From the NCBI GenBank assembly GCA_965207075.1, contig CBDBLO010000002.1:640001-704000 (forward strand): a stretch of DNA of 64,000 nucleotides, read 5' to 3'. The stretch's first letter is position 1, and every line of letters starts with the position of its first letter. A model generated the notes under the pieces. The model was given only the letters and a program-made list of their open reading frames with translations. It was not told the DNA's origin and did not search any database. Shown in pieces: positions 10,122-20,919 of this stretch. Both the position numbers and the translations under genes were made by a program. Source of the DNA: Nitrosopumilus sp. Lineage in GTDB: Archaea; Thermoproteota; Nitrososphaeria; Nitrososphaerales; Nitrosopumilaceae.

Positions 10122-10198
10122 TGGAGCCTCGGACGGGATCTGAACCCGCGACCTAACGCTTACGAGGCGTTCGCTCTACCAGGCTGAGCTACCAAGGC
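10122..10198 (-). tRNA. tRNA-Thr(CGT)
   Basis: Reverse complement gccttggtagctcagcctggtagagc...ctCGTaa...ggttcagatccc...ggctcca. Confidence 0.93.
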
Positions 10199-10246
10199 AT
10201 GTGTGGCGGTCGTCATCAGAGTTAATAAAAAGTATCCCAAAGCGAT

Positions 10247-11590
10247 GTGGTGAAAAAGACGATCTCGGGGATCAGGGGGATTGTCGGAGACGACATTGGC
10301 ATCAGGGACGTAATCAAATTCTGCGGCAATTTTGCGGGCCTGTCGGGCGGCAGGTGCGTGACCGGCAGGGACACCAGGCCGTCGGGACCAATGATGGAGC
10401 GCGCAGCCCACGCGGGGCTGATGGAGGGAGGCGTGGACGTGTACGATATGGGCGTGGCGCCCACGCCCGTGGTGTTCCGGGAGGCAAGAAGGATCGGCGC
10501 CGGCGTGGTGGTAACGTCGTCGCACAATCCGCTGGAATGGAACGGGTTAAAGTTCGTCATAGGCGGCAGGGGGATAAACGAGTCGGAACTCCCGCTTATA
10601 ACGGGGACGCGCAGCCGCGGGGACGGCGCACAAGAGGGCGGCGACAGGGACGCCGTCGCCGCCGCGGCGGCTACGACGGAACCCGGAGTAAGGCGCAGCC
10701 ACGCGTCGTCGTACGTGGAGGAGGCAGCAGGGGTAATCGGGGAGATAGAGGGCAGTCCGCGGATTGCAGTGGACGTGGGCGGGGGCGCCGCCGCGCACGT
10801 GGCGCCTCGCCTGTACGAAAAGATCGGCTGCAGCGTCAGCGTGATAAACTCGGAGCCGCGCTCCAGGGGGCCCGACCCCACCACGGACGGCCTCGACGGC
10901 CTCGTGTCGCTGTCAAGGACAAAGGGCATCATAGGATTCGCGTTTGATCTTGACGGCGACAGGCTTGTCATCGTAGCCGACGGGGCGAAACAGACGCCCG
11001 ATGCGACACTGGGGCTTGGCATTGCGGGCGCGCTCGACATGGGATACGAAAGGTTTGTCCTGAGCGCAGACACCAGCCGGGGCGTGGAGAGGCTCATAGA
11101 GTCGCACGGGGGGGCCCACACGAGGGCAAAGGTCGGGGAGGCAAACGTAGTGGAGGAGATGGCAAAGGTCGGGGCCCAGGCCGGGGGCGAGGGGAGCAGC
11201 GGGGGCTTCATCCTGCCCGAGTTCAACCACTGCCGGGACGGCATACTGGCCGGGGGCGTGATAGCAAGAATGCTTCAGGAGGACGGCGGGGCGCGGTTCA
11301 GGGAGGTGATTGGCATGCTGGGCAGATACCACATAATCCGGACCAAGATGCCTGCGGGGGCAGGTATGCGGCAGCGCGACATGGTGGAGCGCGCCCTCAA
11401 GTGGCTGGAGTCGGAATGCTCCGAGGTCCAGAGGCTTGACGGCGTCAGGGGGGTGATAGACGATGACAGCTGGGTACTGGTGCGGGAGTCAAACACCGAG
11501 AACGCAGTCAGGCTGTCCGCAGAGTCCTATGACGCGACGAGGTGCGAGGCCGTGATCGGGGACGTGAGGCGCGTCATGGCGGGAGGATAA
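10247..11590 (+). CDS. phosphomannomutase/phosphoglucomutase family
   Basis: SSHNP phosphoserine motif, DLDGDR metal site, GEGSSGG. Confidence 0.93.
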   Translation: MVKKTISGIRGIVGDDIGIRDVIKFCGNFAGLSGGRCVTGRDTRPSGPMMERAAHAGLMEGGVDVYDMGVAPTPVVFREARRIGAGVVVTSSHNPLEWNGLKFVIGGRGINESELPLITGTRSRGDGAQEGGDRDAVAAAAATTEPGVRRSHASSYVEEAAGVIGEIEGSPRIAVDVGGGAAAHVAPRLYEKIGCSVSVINSEPRSRGPDPTTDGLDGLVSLSRTKGIIGFAFDLDGDRLVIVADGAKQTPDATLGLGIAGALDMGYERFVLSADTSRGVERLIESHGGAHTRAKVGEANVVEEMAKVGAQAGGEGSSGGFILPEFNHCRDGILAGGVIARMLQEDGGARFREVIGMLGRYHIIRTKMPAGAGMRQRDMVERALKWLESECSEVQRLDGVRGVIDDDSWVLVRESNTENAVRLSAESYDATRCEAVIGDVRRVMAGG

Positions 11591-11607
11591 GCCGGCAGGT
11601 GAGCGCA

Positions 11608-12648
11608 ATGGGCAGAGGGAAAAAGACGGCATCGCCACGCAGGGGCGGCACGGCGGCGGCAGCAGCAATAAGCGAGCGTGACGTGGCCGCGACAATGCGC
11701 CGGATGCTGGGAGGCGGCACGCCGGAGCCCGACGACGTCGGATATGCGCAGGTCGGCAAAAAGACCATGGTCATCAACACCGACACCTGGGTCCAGAGCA
11801 CGGACATGCCGCCGCGGATGACCCTGAGGCAGGCTGCAAGGAAGAGCGTCGTATCCTGCATAAGCGACCTGGCCGCCAAGGGGGCCAGGCCCAGGTTCGG
11901 GGCCATATCGGTCAACATACCAAAGGGCGCGACTCGCGGCGACATCAGGGGCATGGCAGGCGGGTTTGCAGACGCCGCGGGCGAATACAACGTCAGGATA
12001 GTGGCGGGGGACACCAACGCCGGGAGGGAGTTCGTCTTCAACGTGTGCATGGTCGGGGAGCACACCCTGAAGCAAAAGGTGGCCCGGGGGGGAGCAGGCC
12101 CGGGGGACGGGATATTCGTGACGGGCCCGTTCGGGTACACAGCGCTCGGGTTCAAGGTGCTCTTGGAGGGGCATGCCGGAAGCGGGGGCGCGGTCAGGAG
12201 GTCTGTGCGCTCGGTGCTGCATCCGGAGGCCAGGGCCGAGTTCGGGGCAAGATGCGCCAAGCACTTTACGTCCGCGATGGACTCAAGCGACGGGCTCGGG
12301 TTCACGCTCAACGAGATGGCAAGGCAGAGCGGCCGCACGTTTGAGGTGCACGGCGTCCCCGCCACAGTACAGCTTGAGAGGTACGCGCGTCAGAACGGGA
12401 TGAGTCTGGATAGCCTTGTGTTTTATGGCGGGGAAGAGTACGAGATAGTGTTCACGGCAACGGCGTCCGGCGCCAAGAGAATAGCCAGGGTTGCGGACAG
12501 GCTCGGGGTTCCTCTGATGAAGATCGGCACCGTAAAGGATTCAGGGTGGGACGGGAGGTGCCCCGTGTATGTGCGGCGCGGTGGAGGCGACGACGACGAC
12601 ACCCGCGTCAAGATAGAGGATTCCGGGTGGGAACACCTTGCATCCTGA
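11608..12648 (+). CDS. thiL: thiamine-monophosphate kinase
   Basis: SDLAAKGA, AGDT, AMDSSDGL, GGEEYEIVFT. Confidence 0.93.
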   Translation: MGRGKKTASPRRGGTAAAAAISERDVAATMRRMLGGGTPEPDDVGYAQVGKKTMVINTDTWVQSTDMPPRMTLRQAARKSVVSCISDLAAKGARPRFGAISVNIPKGATRGDIRGMAGGFADAAGEYNVRIVAGDTNAGREFVFNVCMVGEHTLKQKVARGGAGPGDGIFVTGPFGYTALGFKVLLEGHAGSGGAVRRSVRSVLHPEARAEFGARCAKHFTSAMDSSDGLGFTLNEMARQSGRTFEVHGVPATVQLERYARQNGMSLDSLVFYGGEEYEIVFTATASGAKRIARVADRLGVPLMKIGTVKDSGWDGRCPVYVRRGGGDDDDTRVKIEDSGWEHLAS

Positions 12649-12705
12649 TGGATGCGGCCCAGTGCGTGCAACCGCACGGATTGCATACGGGCCTGCGGTC
12701 GGGGG

Positions 12706-13032
12706 CTACTCGCCCCTCATGGGCGAGCCGCGCTCTACGCCGTCTGCAATCTCTATAATGACGCTTGCCGGAAGCAATGGAACGCACTCGTTCATCCATA
12801 TCTCGTCAAGCTTGATCAGGCGCCTCGCGTCGTCGACGGGTATCTCGTCAAGCGTCATGTCCGGGTAGGCGGAATGGATCGCGTAGCCCTGCCGCGCCAC
12901 GTCAGCGCACTTCTGCTCCAGGGGTGTCACGATGTTGTCCCCCACCGGTACCACGTGCTGCAGCGCTATGGAGCCGAATATGGCAGCCGCGACCGCCGTC
13001 CCGGCCACTGCAAGCAGCATTCCGCGTGCCAT
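12706..13032 (-). CDS. membrane-anchored hypothetical protein
   Basis: N-terminal TM segment, two Cys in helical domain. Confidence 0.6.
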   Translation of the reverse strand: MARGMLLAVAGTAVAAAIFGSIALQHVVPVGDNIVTPLEQKCADVARQGYAIHSAYPDMTLDEIPVDDARRLIKLDEIWMNECVPLLPASVIIEIADGVERGSPMRGE

Positions 13033-13137
13033 CGCGGCATATGGCAGCGACGCGTATTTGAAGCATCTGCGCACGCCTCTTGCGCACGGTGTATGCGCCG
13101 CACGGCCCGATGCGTAGTGTATTTTAAACCCCCATGA

Positions 13138-14034
13138 ATGGATGGGTTATTGCCAGATGGGGAAGGAGAGTACAAGGAAGCCGCTGACAAGGCCCCCGAG
13201 GAGAGTGCCGCGGAGGCCGAGCAGGACGTACCGCAGGCGGAAGGCGCCGGAGGGGACAAGGGCGCTGCGGCCGACGACGGTGGCAGGGATGACGGCGTGA
13301 ATGGCGACAACGACGGCGATGACAAAAGTAATCAGGGTAACGACGACAACGCTGGCGGCCAGTCCGGCCCTGACAACACCGCGGCAGAAGACTCTCCGGA
13401 CGAGACGGCCTCCGACGGGGACGGTGACAGTGATGACGAGGAGGCGAAGACAGTAGAGATCTCCACGTCAGACGCGCAGGCCCAGCTTGCAAAGCTGCGG
13501 ACGGCAACCGAGACGCGCGCCAAGGCCATCCAGGCCGATGCCGAGTCCTCAGAGAGCATGGTGGACGCGATAAAGGCCGAAGACGTGTCCCAGGCCCGTC
13601 GCAGGCAGCAGCAGGATGCTGATGCGGCGCAAGAGTCCGCAAGGCACGAGAATGAAAAGTGGGGGATAGCCCACATCTTTAGCAGCTACAACAACACGAT
13701 AATCCACATGACGGACCTGACGGGCGGGGAGACCGTTGCGATCAGCTCGGGCGGCATACACGTCAACGCCGACAGGTATGAGTCGTCGCCGTTTGCCGCA
13801 ATGAAGGCCGCAAACGCCGTAATCGAGTCTGCAAGGGCAAAGGGGTTTGTAGGATTTCACATCAGGGTGCGCGCGGTAGGCGGCGTGGGATCAAGGGTGC
13901 CGGGACCCGGGGCGCAGTCTGCAATCAGGGCGTTGGCAAGAGGCGGGTTCAAGATAGGCAGGATTGACGACGTGACGCCGATTCCGCACGACACCACCAG
14001 AAAAAAGGGCGGCAAGCGCGGCAGAAGAGTCTGA
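13138..14034 (+). CDS. rps11: 30S ribosomal protein S11 with long acidic N-extension
   Basis: [16 protein letters not shown]...[21 protein letters not shown]. Confidence 0.97.
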   Translation: MDGLLPDGEGEYKEAADKAPEESAAEAEQDVPQAEGAGGDKGAAADDGGRDDGVNGDNDGDDKSNQGNDDNAGGQSGPDNTAAEDSPDETASDGDGDSDDEEAKTVEISTSDAQAQLAKLRTATETRAKAIQADAESSESMVDAIKAEDVSQARRRQQQDADAAQESARHENEKWGIAHIFSSYNNTIIHMTDLTGGETVAISSGGIHVNADRYESSPFAAMKAANAVIESARAKGFVGFHIRVRAVGGVGSRVPGPGAQSAIRALARGGFKIGRIDDVTPIPHDTTRKKGGKRGRRV

Positions 14035-14160
14035 GCATTCGAGATCGACTGCAGCCCTTCAAGACAATTCCCACCAAGACCGCAGGTGCCACGCGTACGC
14101 GACATGGCATCATCCCCCTCCCGCAGTGACTATAATCCCCCGTGACGCAGCCGTGCGGCA

Positions 14161-14499
14161 TCAGCGTCCCCGCTCTGTCACCCTGACCTTTACGCTGCAG
14201 CTTCTTGACGCAAAATAGTCCGAGAGGAACATGGCAAAGCGCCTCGAGCGGTCCTTCTCCTTCTGATATTTGGCAAGCATGTCGGAGAACTCGGACTCGA
14301 TTCCGGCCTGGAGGTCTGGCTTTATCGACAGGACGAAGAACGTCCATCCAAAGTGCTCAGACGGCGGCCCCATCTCGTAGCCGTTGTACGCTCCCACCAG
14401 GCTCTCCATGTGGGAGAGGGCCATCTTGATTGCAAGCTTGTCGCCGGTATAGTCGTGCCCGGCAATCTCAAGCGAGACTCCCGCATCGTGCGCGCTCAA
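14161..14499 (-). CDS. hypothetical protein
   Basis: Globular-looking ORF co-oriented with rtcB and PDCD5 genes. Confidence 0.7.
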   Translation of the reverse strand: MSAHDAGVSLEIAGHDYTGDKLAIKMALSHMESLVGAYNGYEMGPPSEHFGWTFFVLSIKPDLQAGIESEFSDMLAKYQKEKDRSRRFAMFLSDYFASRSCSVKVRVTERGR

Positions 14500-14680
14500 C
14501 GTGCATGCGGCCCCCCGGCAGCAGCAGCAGCAGTAGCAGCAGCAGCAGTAGTGGCACCTAGATGCAGGCCAAGATTGGGATGGGCGCGATGTCCGCTACT
14601 GCCGCTACTACCGCCGCTGTTGCAACAGCGACAACAGTGTGCCATGACACTGCATGCGTCACGACGCATACGGCGGGGCG

Positions 14681-15148
14681 TCAGTTGGCGTCATCCTCCC
14701 CCGCAGCAGCAGCAGCAGCCGTGACGGTGCTGCCGCTTCTCACATTCTTCAGCCTGTCGGAGATGGAGACGAACTTTCCGTCCTTCTCTATCTTGATCGA
14801 CGTCCTGATCTTTACTGGGAGCCCAACCATGCGGAACACGGCCAGCAGCTGCCCCCCGTCAATCTTCTCTGGAATGTTCTCTGAGCGTATTATCTCTGCC
14901 AGCCTGCCCACTATCACCTTGGCCTCTGCCGGATACTGGGCCTCTGCGCCCTCGAGCACCTCGAGCCCCCTGAACCCGAGCGACGCCACCACCACGTCGC
15001 GCGCCGTTGCCGGCCCGCCACTCCCCTTTTCCGAACCGCCGGCCTTGCCCGCCTCCTCGCGCCCCTTTTTTGCGGAGATGTTCCTCTGCATCTCTGCCAG
15101 CCTCCTGGCCTTTAGCCTCTCAAGCTCCGCGTCGCCGCCCTCTGACAA
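14681..15148 (-). CDS. PDCD5-like DNA-binding protein
   Basis: DAELERLKARRLAEMQ N-terminus; directly downstream of rtcB. Confidence 0.8.
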   Translation of the reverse strand: MSEGGDAELERLKARRLAEMQRNISAKKGREEAGKAGGSEKGSGGPATARDVVVASLGFRGLEVLEGAEAQYPAEAKVIVGRLAEIIRSENIPEKIDGGQLLAVFRMVGLPVKIRTSIKIEKDGKFVSISDRLKNVRSGSTVTAAAAAAGEDDAN

Positions 15149-15152
15149 GCCA

Positions 15153-16607
15153 TCACCCCTTCATGACGCCCATGGGGACGAGCTTTGCGACCTTTGTCCC
15201 GATGCCGAGCGCGTGCGACACCTCCACCACGGCATCCACGTCCTTGTACGCCTCCGGCGTCTCCTCGACCACCCCGTCCCGCGTGAGCGACTTTATGAAT
15301 ATGCCCTTGCTGTTAAGCGACGCCCTGACCTGCTGCTCCGTATAGCTGCGGCGCGCCTTGGACCTTGACATCATGCGCCCCGCGCCGTGCGCCGTGGATC
15401 CAAAGCTCAGGCTCATTGCGTTTGGCTGCCCCAGAAGAATCCAGCTCGCGGTGCCCATTGAGCCGGGCACCAGCACCGGCTGCCCGATGTCCCTGTACCT
15501 GGCGGGGACCTCGCTGCGGTCCGCCGGAAACGCCCTGGTGGCCCCCTTGCGGTGCACCACCAGCCTGCGCCTCTCGCCGTCCACCTCGTGCTCCTCCACC
15601 TTTGCGATGTTGTGGGCCACGTCGTACACCAGCCGCATGCCCAGGTCGGTCTCGGACCGTGAAAAGACGCGCTCAAACGACTTGCGCGTCCAGTGGGTTA
15701 TCATCTGCCTGTTGCTCCACGCAAAGTTGAGCGCCGCAAACATCGCCCTGCGGTACGACTCGCCCTCCTCCGACGAGTTGGGGACGCACGCAAGCTCCCT
15801 GTCCGGCAGGGTTATGCCGTACTTTGGCATGCACCGCTCCGACACCCTCAGGTAGTCGCTGCATATCTGGTGCCCGAACCCGCGGGACCCGCAGTGGATC
15901 AGTATGGTTATGGAGCCCAGCCTTATCCCCATCCGCTCGGCCGCAACCTCGTCGTGTATCTCCGCCACCTTCTGGATCTCCAGAAAGTGGTTCCCGGAGC
16001 CCAGGCTGCCAAGCTGTGGGGCGCCCCTGCTCTTTGCCTTTTCGGAGACCGCGCCGGGGTCGGCGCCGCCTATGCGCCCGGACTCCTCGCAGGAGTCCGC
16101 GTCGTCCGTGGAGCCGTACCCGTTCTCCACCGCCCAGTCCACCCCCCTTACCATCACCTCGTCAAGCTCCGACTTTCTGAGCCGGACGGCGCCCTTTGAG
16201 CCGACGCCGGAGGGGATGGCGCCAAACAGGTCCGATACCACGTCCTTTATGCGCGGGCGCATCTGCGCCTCGTCAAGGTCCGTCCTCAGCAGCCTGACGC
16301 CGCAGTTGATGTCGTACCCGACGCCGCCGGGGCTGATCATGCCCTCGTCGGCGTCCATGGCCGCCACGCCGCCGACCGGGAACCCGTACCCCTCGTGCCC
16401 GTCGGGCAGCACCACCCCGTGCCCCACTATGCCCGGTATGGACGCCACGTTGCAGGCCTGCCTTATGGTGCGGTCGGTCATCATCTTGCCAAGCAGCGCG
16501 TCGTCGGCGTATATGCGGACGGGCGCGATGCGGCCGGACGACTCGTCGGGCTCTATCACGTACTGGTTCCTTCCGGTTTGCACCGGCCGTACTGCATGGT
16601 CTGGCAT
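15153..16607 (-). CDS. rtcB: tRNA-splicing ligase RtcB
   Basis: LPDGHEGYGFPVGG, GYDINCG, GSGNHF, HRKGAT, HGAGR, EETPEAYK. Confidence 0.97.
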   Translation of the reverse strand: MPDHAVRPVQTGRNQYVIEPDESSGRIAPVRIYADDALLGKMMTDRTIRQACNVASIPGIVGHGVVLPDGHEGYGFPVGGVAAMDADEGMISPGGVGYDINCGVRLLRTDLDEAQMRPRIKDVVSDLFGAIPSGVGSKGAVRLRKSELDEVMVRGVDWAVENGYGSTDDADSCEESGRIGGADPGAVSEKAKSRGAPQLGSLGSGNHFLEIQKVAEIHDEVAAERMGIRLGSITILIHCGSRGFGHQICSDYLRVSERCMPKYGITLPDRELACVPNSSEEGESYRRAMFAALNFAWSNRQMITHWTRKSFERVFSRSETDLGMRLVYDVAHNIAKVEEHEVDGERRRLVVHRKGATRAFPADRSEVPARYRDIGQPVLVPGSMGTASWILLGQPNAMSLSFGSTAHGAGRMMSRSKARRSYTEQQVRASLNSKGIFIKSLTRDGVVEETPEAYKDVDAVVEVSHALGIGTKVAKLVPMGVMKG

Positions 16608-16993
16608 TTGCCTGCAAAACGGGAAATGGCATTTTAAATCATAAGGTCGGCATGCCGGCCGGTCCCGGAGGCGCCTCACTCCTCCCCCCTTCTCTCCTCG
16701 TCCCCCGCGGGGCCGATAGGCGCGCTGTTGGCACGACGGCGCGCCCATCGTCGGGAAGACCGCCGGTTATTTCAGTCCCCGCATCACAGAATGCAGCCAA
16801 GGTGATTGGCAAGTTAACGGGGGTTATCTTCTTGTGGAAGTGTCGAAAGCTGAGGCCGGGCGGGTAAATCTTTGGGATCCAAGCAAGACTAGAAAGTGGT
16901 GTAACCCAGTCTGGGATTATGTACAAAGGAAGGCCAAGTGTGTTAGTTACGCGTGAGCTAAACCTTTAAAACTGTATATAAGTTTGGTATTGT

Positions 16994-17179
16994 ATGGCAT
17001 ATGATTACGATGCCTTGTTTGAAAAACTTGAACAAGCCAAGATTGACAGAGAGGAAGCCGTAAGAGAAGCTAAAGCTGCTGGCCGACAAGACATTGCCGA
17101 CATTTTGTCTGATGATGGTGATGTTAGTTTTGATGACACTATAAACAAGTGCAAAGCTGTGTTGAAAACTAATCCATAA
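16994..17179 (+). CDS. small helical 'YDY' protein, type A
   Basis: MAYDYDALFEKLEQAK...; TATA-like upstream; similar to 32516-32701. Confidence 0.8.
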   Translation: MAYDYDALFEKLEQAKIDREEAVREAKAAGRQDIADILSDDGDVSFDDTINKCKAVLKTNP

Positions 17180-17257
17180 CACCAAATGTTATTGCAAATG
17201 ATCCATACGCTGTGTAAATTAAGACAAAAGTACACACGAAAATATCAATAGTTAAAC

Positions 17258-17428
17258 TTACCGTAAGTTACGTAATTGGCGTAGCTTTTCTTCTTCCTTT
17301 GCCACCCTGTCTCGTAAAATATCGGCGACATCAAAACACCCGTGGTGTTCAACATCTATTATTTCTTCATGAAGCCACTCGACAAATTTTTCTTGTTTAG
17401 CAAGTTCTGTTTCGTAATCAAACGTCAT
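17258..17428 (-). CDS. small helical 'YDY' protein, type B (56 aa, below ORF-track cutoff)
   Basis: Manual translation MTFDYETELAKQEKFVEWLHEEIIDVEHHGCFDVADILRDRVAKEEEKLRQLRNLR; similar to 32693-32866. Confidence 0.82.
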   Translation of the reverse strand: MTFDYETELAKQEKFVEWLHEEIIDVEHHGCFDVADILRDRVAKEEEKLRQLRNLR

Positions 17429-17483
17429 TTTGTTCTGTCGGGGGTTGTTTTAATTCTATATATTTTTTTATGAAAGTGAGCTG

Positions 17484-18044
17484 ATGGGCGCACACCTCCA
17501 TAAAATCACCCTGCATGTCGGAGAAGGCTGGAGGACGGACGAGCTCTGCCTGAAAAAAGGTGAAACTGCAAGTATCCGCTTGCCATGCTCGGCTCCGAAA
17601 TCAGGTTCTGGCTGGCGCAGACGATGGCCACACACAAGGGACACAGCGACGTTACGCTCATGTTTACCAAGGCCAAGAAGGCAGTGGGGCAAGGTTCCCT
17701 CCAACCTCATATCTGGCGGAGCCTCCAACTTCGCGCATGCCCACAAAAAGCAGTACACGGCCAAGAATTTTTTACACAAGGATTCCGAGCACCATGGGCA
17801 CATCCACATGTCCGGGGACATGAACACCAACAACCAGGTGGAGTCCTTCGACGGGAACATCTTGGGGGCCAGGAAGAAAGTCGTCTGGGGCACCAAGAGG
17901 GATGATTCGGTCATACTGAAGGGATTGCAGATCCACCACAACTTCATCAGGTCGCACCTGGATCATGGGCTCAAGCAAGTGGAAGATGGTCATCCGGAAT
18001 GCCGTCAAATTCGCCAGCTTCTGACACTTTCCACGAGAAAATAG
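17484..18044 (+). pseudogene. IS6-like DDE transposase fragment (frameshifted)
   Basis: WRTDEL, RFWLAQ, NLISGGASNF, NNQVESFDG, LQIHHNFIRSH spread over frames. Confidence 0.8.
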
Positions 18045-18110
18045 CTCCCGTTAACTCACCAATTCCCAGACAAGAAAGGGTTTATTTTGAAACACGTGGT
18101 ACTCGACGCG

Positions 18111-19478
18111 ATGGCCATCCTCCCGATCGACGACGGACGGTACGGCACCGACGAGATGAAGGCCGTGTTCGGGGGCCAGAACAAGATAGACTGCCAGGTG
18201 TTGATAGAGGCCGCGGTCGCTTCGGCGCAGGGCGAGATCGGCATGATACCGAGGAGGGCGGCCTCGGCAATCAGGAGGGCCGCCAGGCCCGGAGCCATAT
18301 CTGCAAGGCGTGTGGCCGCGCTGGAGGCAAAGCGCGACCACGACACGGCCGCGCTGGTGGAGGCGCTGGGCCGGATATGCCCCGAGCACGCCAGGCCCTG
18401 GATCCACTACGGGCTTACAAGCAACGATCTGGTCGACACCAGCAACTCGATGCTGATGCGCGACGCCATGAACATCATGTATCCCAAGGCCGCCAAGCTG
18501 GCATCCGTGCTGGCGGACATGGCTGCAAGGTACGCGGACGTCCCGGCAGTCGGCAGGACCCACGGGCAGCACGCAAGCATAGTGTCGTTCGGGCTAAAGT
18601 TTGCAAACTGGGCGGCCGAGATGGCGGCCCACATGGATAGGATGGACGAGATGAAAGAAAGGGTACTGGTATGCAAGACGCTGGGGGTGGTCGGGACCGG
18701 CTCCCTGATGGGAAGGAGGGCGCCCGACGTGCAGAAGAGGGTGGCCCGTACGCTCGGACTGCACCCAATTGCTGTGGCAACCCAGATCGTACCGAGGGAG
18801 AGGTACGCCGAGTACGTGTTCGGGGCGGCGCTGATCGGGGCGACGCTCGAGAAAATTGCAGTCGAGATCAGAAACCTCCAGAGGACGGAGATAGGCGAAG
18901 TGGCCGAATCCTTCAGAAAGGGACAGATGGGAAGCAGCGCCGTCCCGGTAAAGCGCAACCCGATAAAGAGCGAGCGCATAACGTCCCTCGCCCGGATCCT
19001 AAAGGCCCAGGTCGGCATATCCATGGACAACATACCGCTGTGGCACGAGCGCGACCTGTCAAACTCTGCAAACGAGCGGTTTGTCATACCCACCGTATCC
19101 ATCCTCGCCGACGAGATGATGCGCACGATGCTGTGGGTGGTGCAGAACCTTAGCGTCGACACCGGCCGTATACGCGGCAACCTTGACGCCACGAAAGGCC
19201 AGATATTTGCAGAGTTCGTGCTGGAGGCCATGATAAGTAAGGGGGTGCCGCGAATCACGGCGTACGAAGCCGTGCAGAGGGTCGCATTCGAGGCGAACCG
19301 GACCGGCATGCCGTACGACGAGGCCATAAAGTCGGACAAAGCGACGTCGGCCGTACTGGACCCGCGGGAGGTGGACCGCATATTCGACCCCGCAAGGCAC
19401 CTGGGCGCGTCTGCCCGGATAATATCCGGCGTGGGCAGGATGGTGCGGGGCAGGGTCAGGCGGCGGGTCTCCTTCTGA
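18111..19478 (+). CDS. purB: adenylosuccinate lyase
   Basis: HYGLTSND, GRTHGQHA, GSSAVPVKRNP, WHERDLSNS. Confidence 0.96.
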   Translation: MAILPIDDGRYGTDEMKAVFGGQNKIDCQVLIEAAVASAQGEIGMIPRRAASAIRRAARPGAISARRVAALEAKRDHDTAALVEALGRICPEHARPWIHYGLTSNDLVDTSNSMLMRDAMNIMYPKAAKLASVLADMAARYADVPAVGRTHGQHASIVSFGLKFANWAAEMAAHMDRMDEMKERVLVCKTLGVVGTGSLMGRRAPDVQKRVARTLGLHPIAVATQIVPRERYAEYVFGAALIGATLEKIAVEIRNLQRTEIGEVAESFRKGQMGSSAVPVKRNPIKSERITSLARILKAQVGISMDNIPLWHERDLSNSANERFVIPTVSILADEMMRTMLWVVQNLSVDTGRIRGNLDATKGQIFAEFVLEAMISKGVPRITAYEAVQRVAFEANRTGMPYDEAIKSDKATSAVLDPREVDRIFDPARHLGASARIISGVGRMVRGRVRRRVSF

Positions 19479-20454
19479 TCCTGAGGACGGCCTTGTGTAT
19501 TCCGGATCCGTACTGCATGGCCTTTTTCCTCTTTTGGTAGGACGTGCGGGGCACGCCCACCGCGCTGGCAAGCCGTCTTATCACGTGCTTGCGGTACATG
19601 TCGCAGGGCCCCCGTATCTTTTCGGACAGCGGTATGCCGTACGCGGCCCTGCAGAACCCCTCGCTTAGGAGCGGCTGGAGCACGGACACGCCGCACGGGG
19701 ACGCTACCCTGTCGATTGCGCGCATCATGCGCAGCTCGTTGTCAAGCTTTTGGCGCATCAAGCCATAAATGACGTCCGCAGTGCTGCTGCTGGTTTGAGC
19801 GGGGCCGCATGTAACCGTGACGGCGTAATCCGTACTACTGGCACCGGCATGGGAGCTGCGGCCGTCGCTGGCCACGGCGCCACCGGCAGTAGCGCCACCG
19901 CCGCCACCGCCGCCACCGCCGCCACCGCCGCCACCGCCGCCACCGCCGCCACCGCCGCCACATTCACGTAGCGCGCGTCTGTACGCGTCATACCCGCAGA
20001 ACATCTCGTCGATCCCGTTTGCCGTCAGCACGACGTCAACCGGTATGGTGCGCGCCAGGCGACATATGTGGTAAAAGGCCACAGAATTCTCTATCCACGA
20101 GAGGTTGTCCGTGCGTATTACATCTCGCACCGACTCGTACACGTCGCCAAAGTCGGGCGTGTCCCCGATCGTCAGCGTGTGGTGGCATCCCCACATGTGC
20201 GGCATCTCCGACGCGACCACGCGGGCAAACTCCACGTCGTGTGACCCTTCAAACCCGACTGTCAACAGCACCACATCGTATCCCATCGCGTCGCATACGG
20301 TTGCAAGCAGCGTGCTGTCGACCCCACCTGAAAAGGCGACGCCTATGCGGCCGCCCGCGCCCTGTTTACCCAGAGCGTCGCGTACCGAGAGCTGCATGGC
20401 ATCGAGTATCGTACGGCATGCGTCATCCATGGCGCTGCTGTCGTACGTCATCAT
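19456..20454 (-). CDS. asparagine synthase C-terminal domain protein with poly-Gly insertion
   Basis: AFSGGVDS, NGIDEMFCGY, KKAMQYGSG; ~22 Gly encoded by a 9-bp repeat near 19895-19960. Confidence 0.88.
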   Translation of the reverse strand: MMTYDSSAMDDACRTILDAMQLSVRDALGKQGAGGRIGVAFSGGVDSTLLATVCDAMGYDVVLLTVGFEGSHDVEFARVVASEMPHMWGCHHTLTIGDTPDFGDVYESVRDVIRTDNLSWIENSVAFYHICRLARTIPVDVVLTANGIDEMFCGYDAYRRALRECGGGGGGGGGGGGGGGGGGGGGGATAGGAVASDGRSSHAGASSTDYAVTVTCGPAQTSSSTADVIYGLMRQKLDNELRMMRAIDRVASPCGVSVLQPLLSEGFCRAAYGIPLSEKIRGPCDMYRKHVIRRLASAVGVPRTSYQKRKKAMQYGSGIHKAVLRIRRRPAA

Positions 20455-20502
20455 GCGTCATGCATCAGCAATCCATTTAACTGTCATGCGACATGTGATG
20501 TC

Positions 20503-20787
20503 ATGCCGGCCGTGCTGTCCGAAGAAGAGGTAATGAGTGCGACAAGCGGCATGGCCGGGTGGGAGGTCGTCAACGGCAAGCTCCACAAGGAGTACCTGTT
20601 TGACACGTTCAACGCCGCGTTCGGATTTATGGCGAGGGCCGCCATGGAGATTGAAAAGGCAAACCACCATCCAGAATGGCTCAACGTATACAACAGGCTG
20701 ACCATAGACCTGACTACCCATGACGCGGGGGGCATCACGTCAAATGACATCAACCTGGCGAAGGCGCTTGACTCACTGCTTGCGTAG
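20503..20787 (+). CDS. phhB: pterin-4-alpha-carbinolamine dehydratase
   Basis: NHHPEWLNVYNR, LTTHDAGGIT. Confidence 0.95.
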   Translation: MPAVLSEEEVMSATSGMAGWEVVNGKLHKEYLFDTFNAAFGFMARAAMEIEKANHHPEWLNVYNRLTIDLTTHDAGGITSNDINLAKALDSLLA

Positions 20788-20919
20788 GACTGACGGTTTT
20801 TCAGGTGCCCGCGCCGGACCCTGTCGCGGATGGAAGTCCGTTGCACACTTCGGCTTTATGGCCGGATCGTGTTCTAGCGTCGCGGCCATCTGGCTTCCAA
20901 ACCGGCTCTTATTGTGGGC

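Larger units (their letters stand above)
16802..18066. mobile_element. decayed IS6-family transposon carrying two small passenger genes
   Basis: ~50-bp imperfect inverted repeats (gtgattggcaagttaacggg... / rc ggaattggtgagttaacggg...); 8-bp TSD CAGCCAAG (16794) / CAGACAAG (18067); internal DDE remnant. Confidence 0.8.

Noticed and set aside
6839-10198. tRNA-Cys and tRNA-Thr as integration sites
   Set aside because: No duplicated tRNA 3' ends and no integrase seen in the window.
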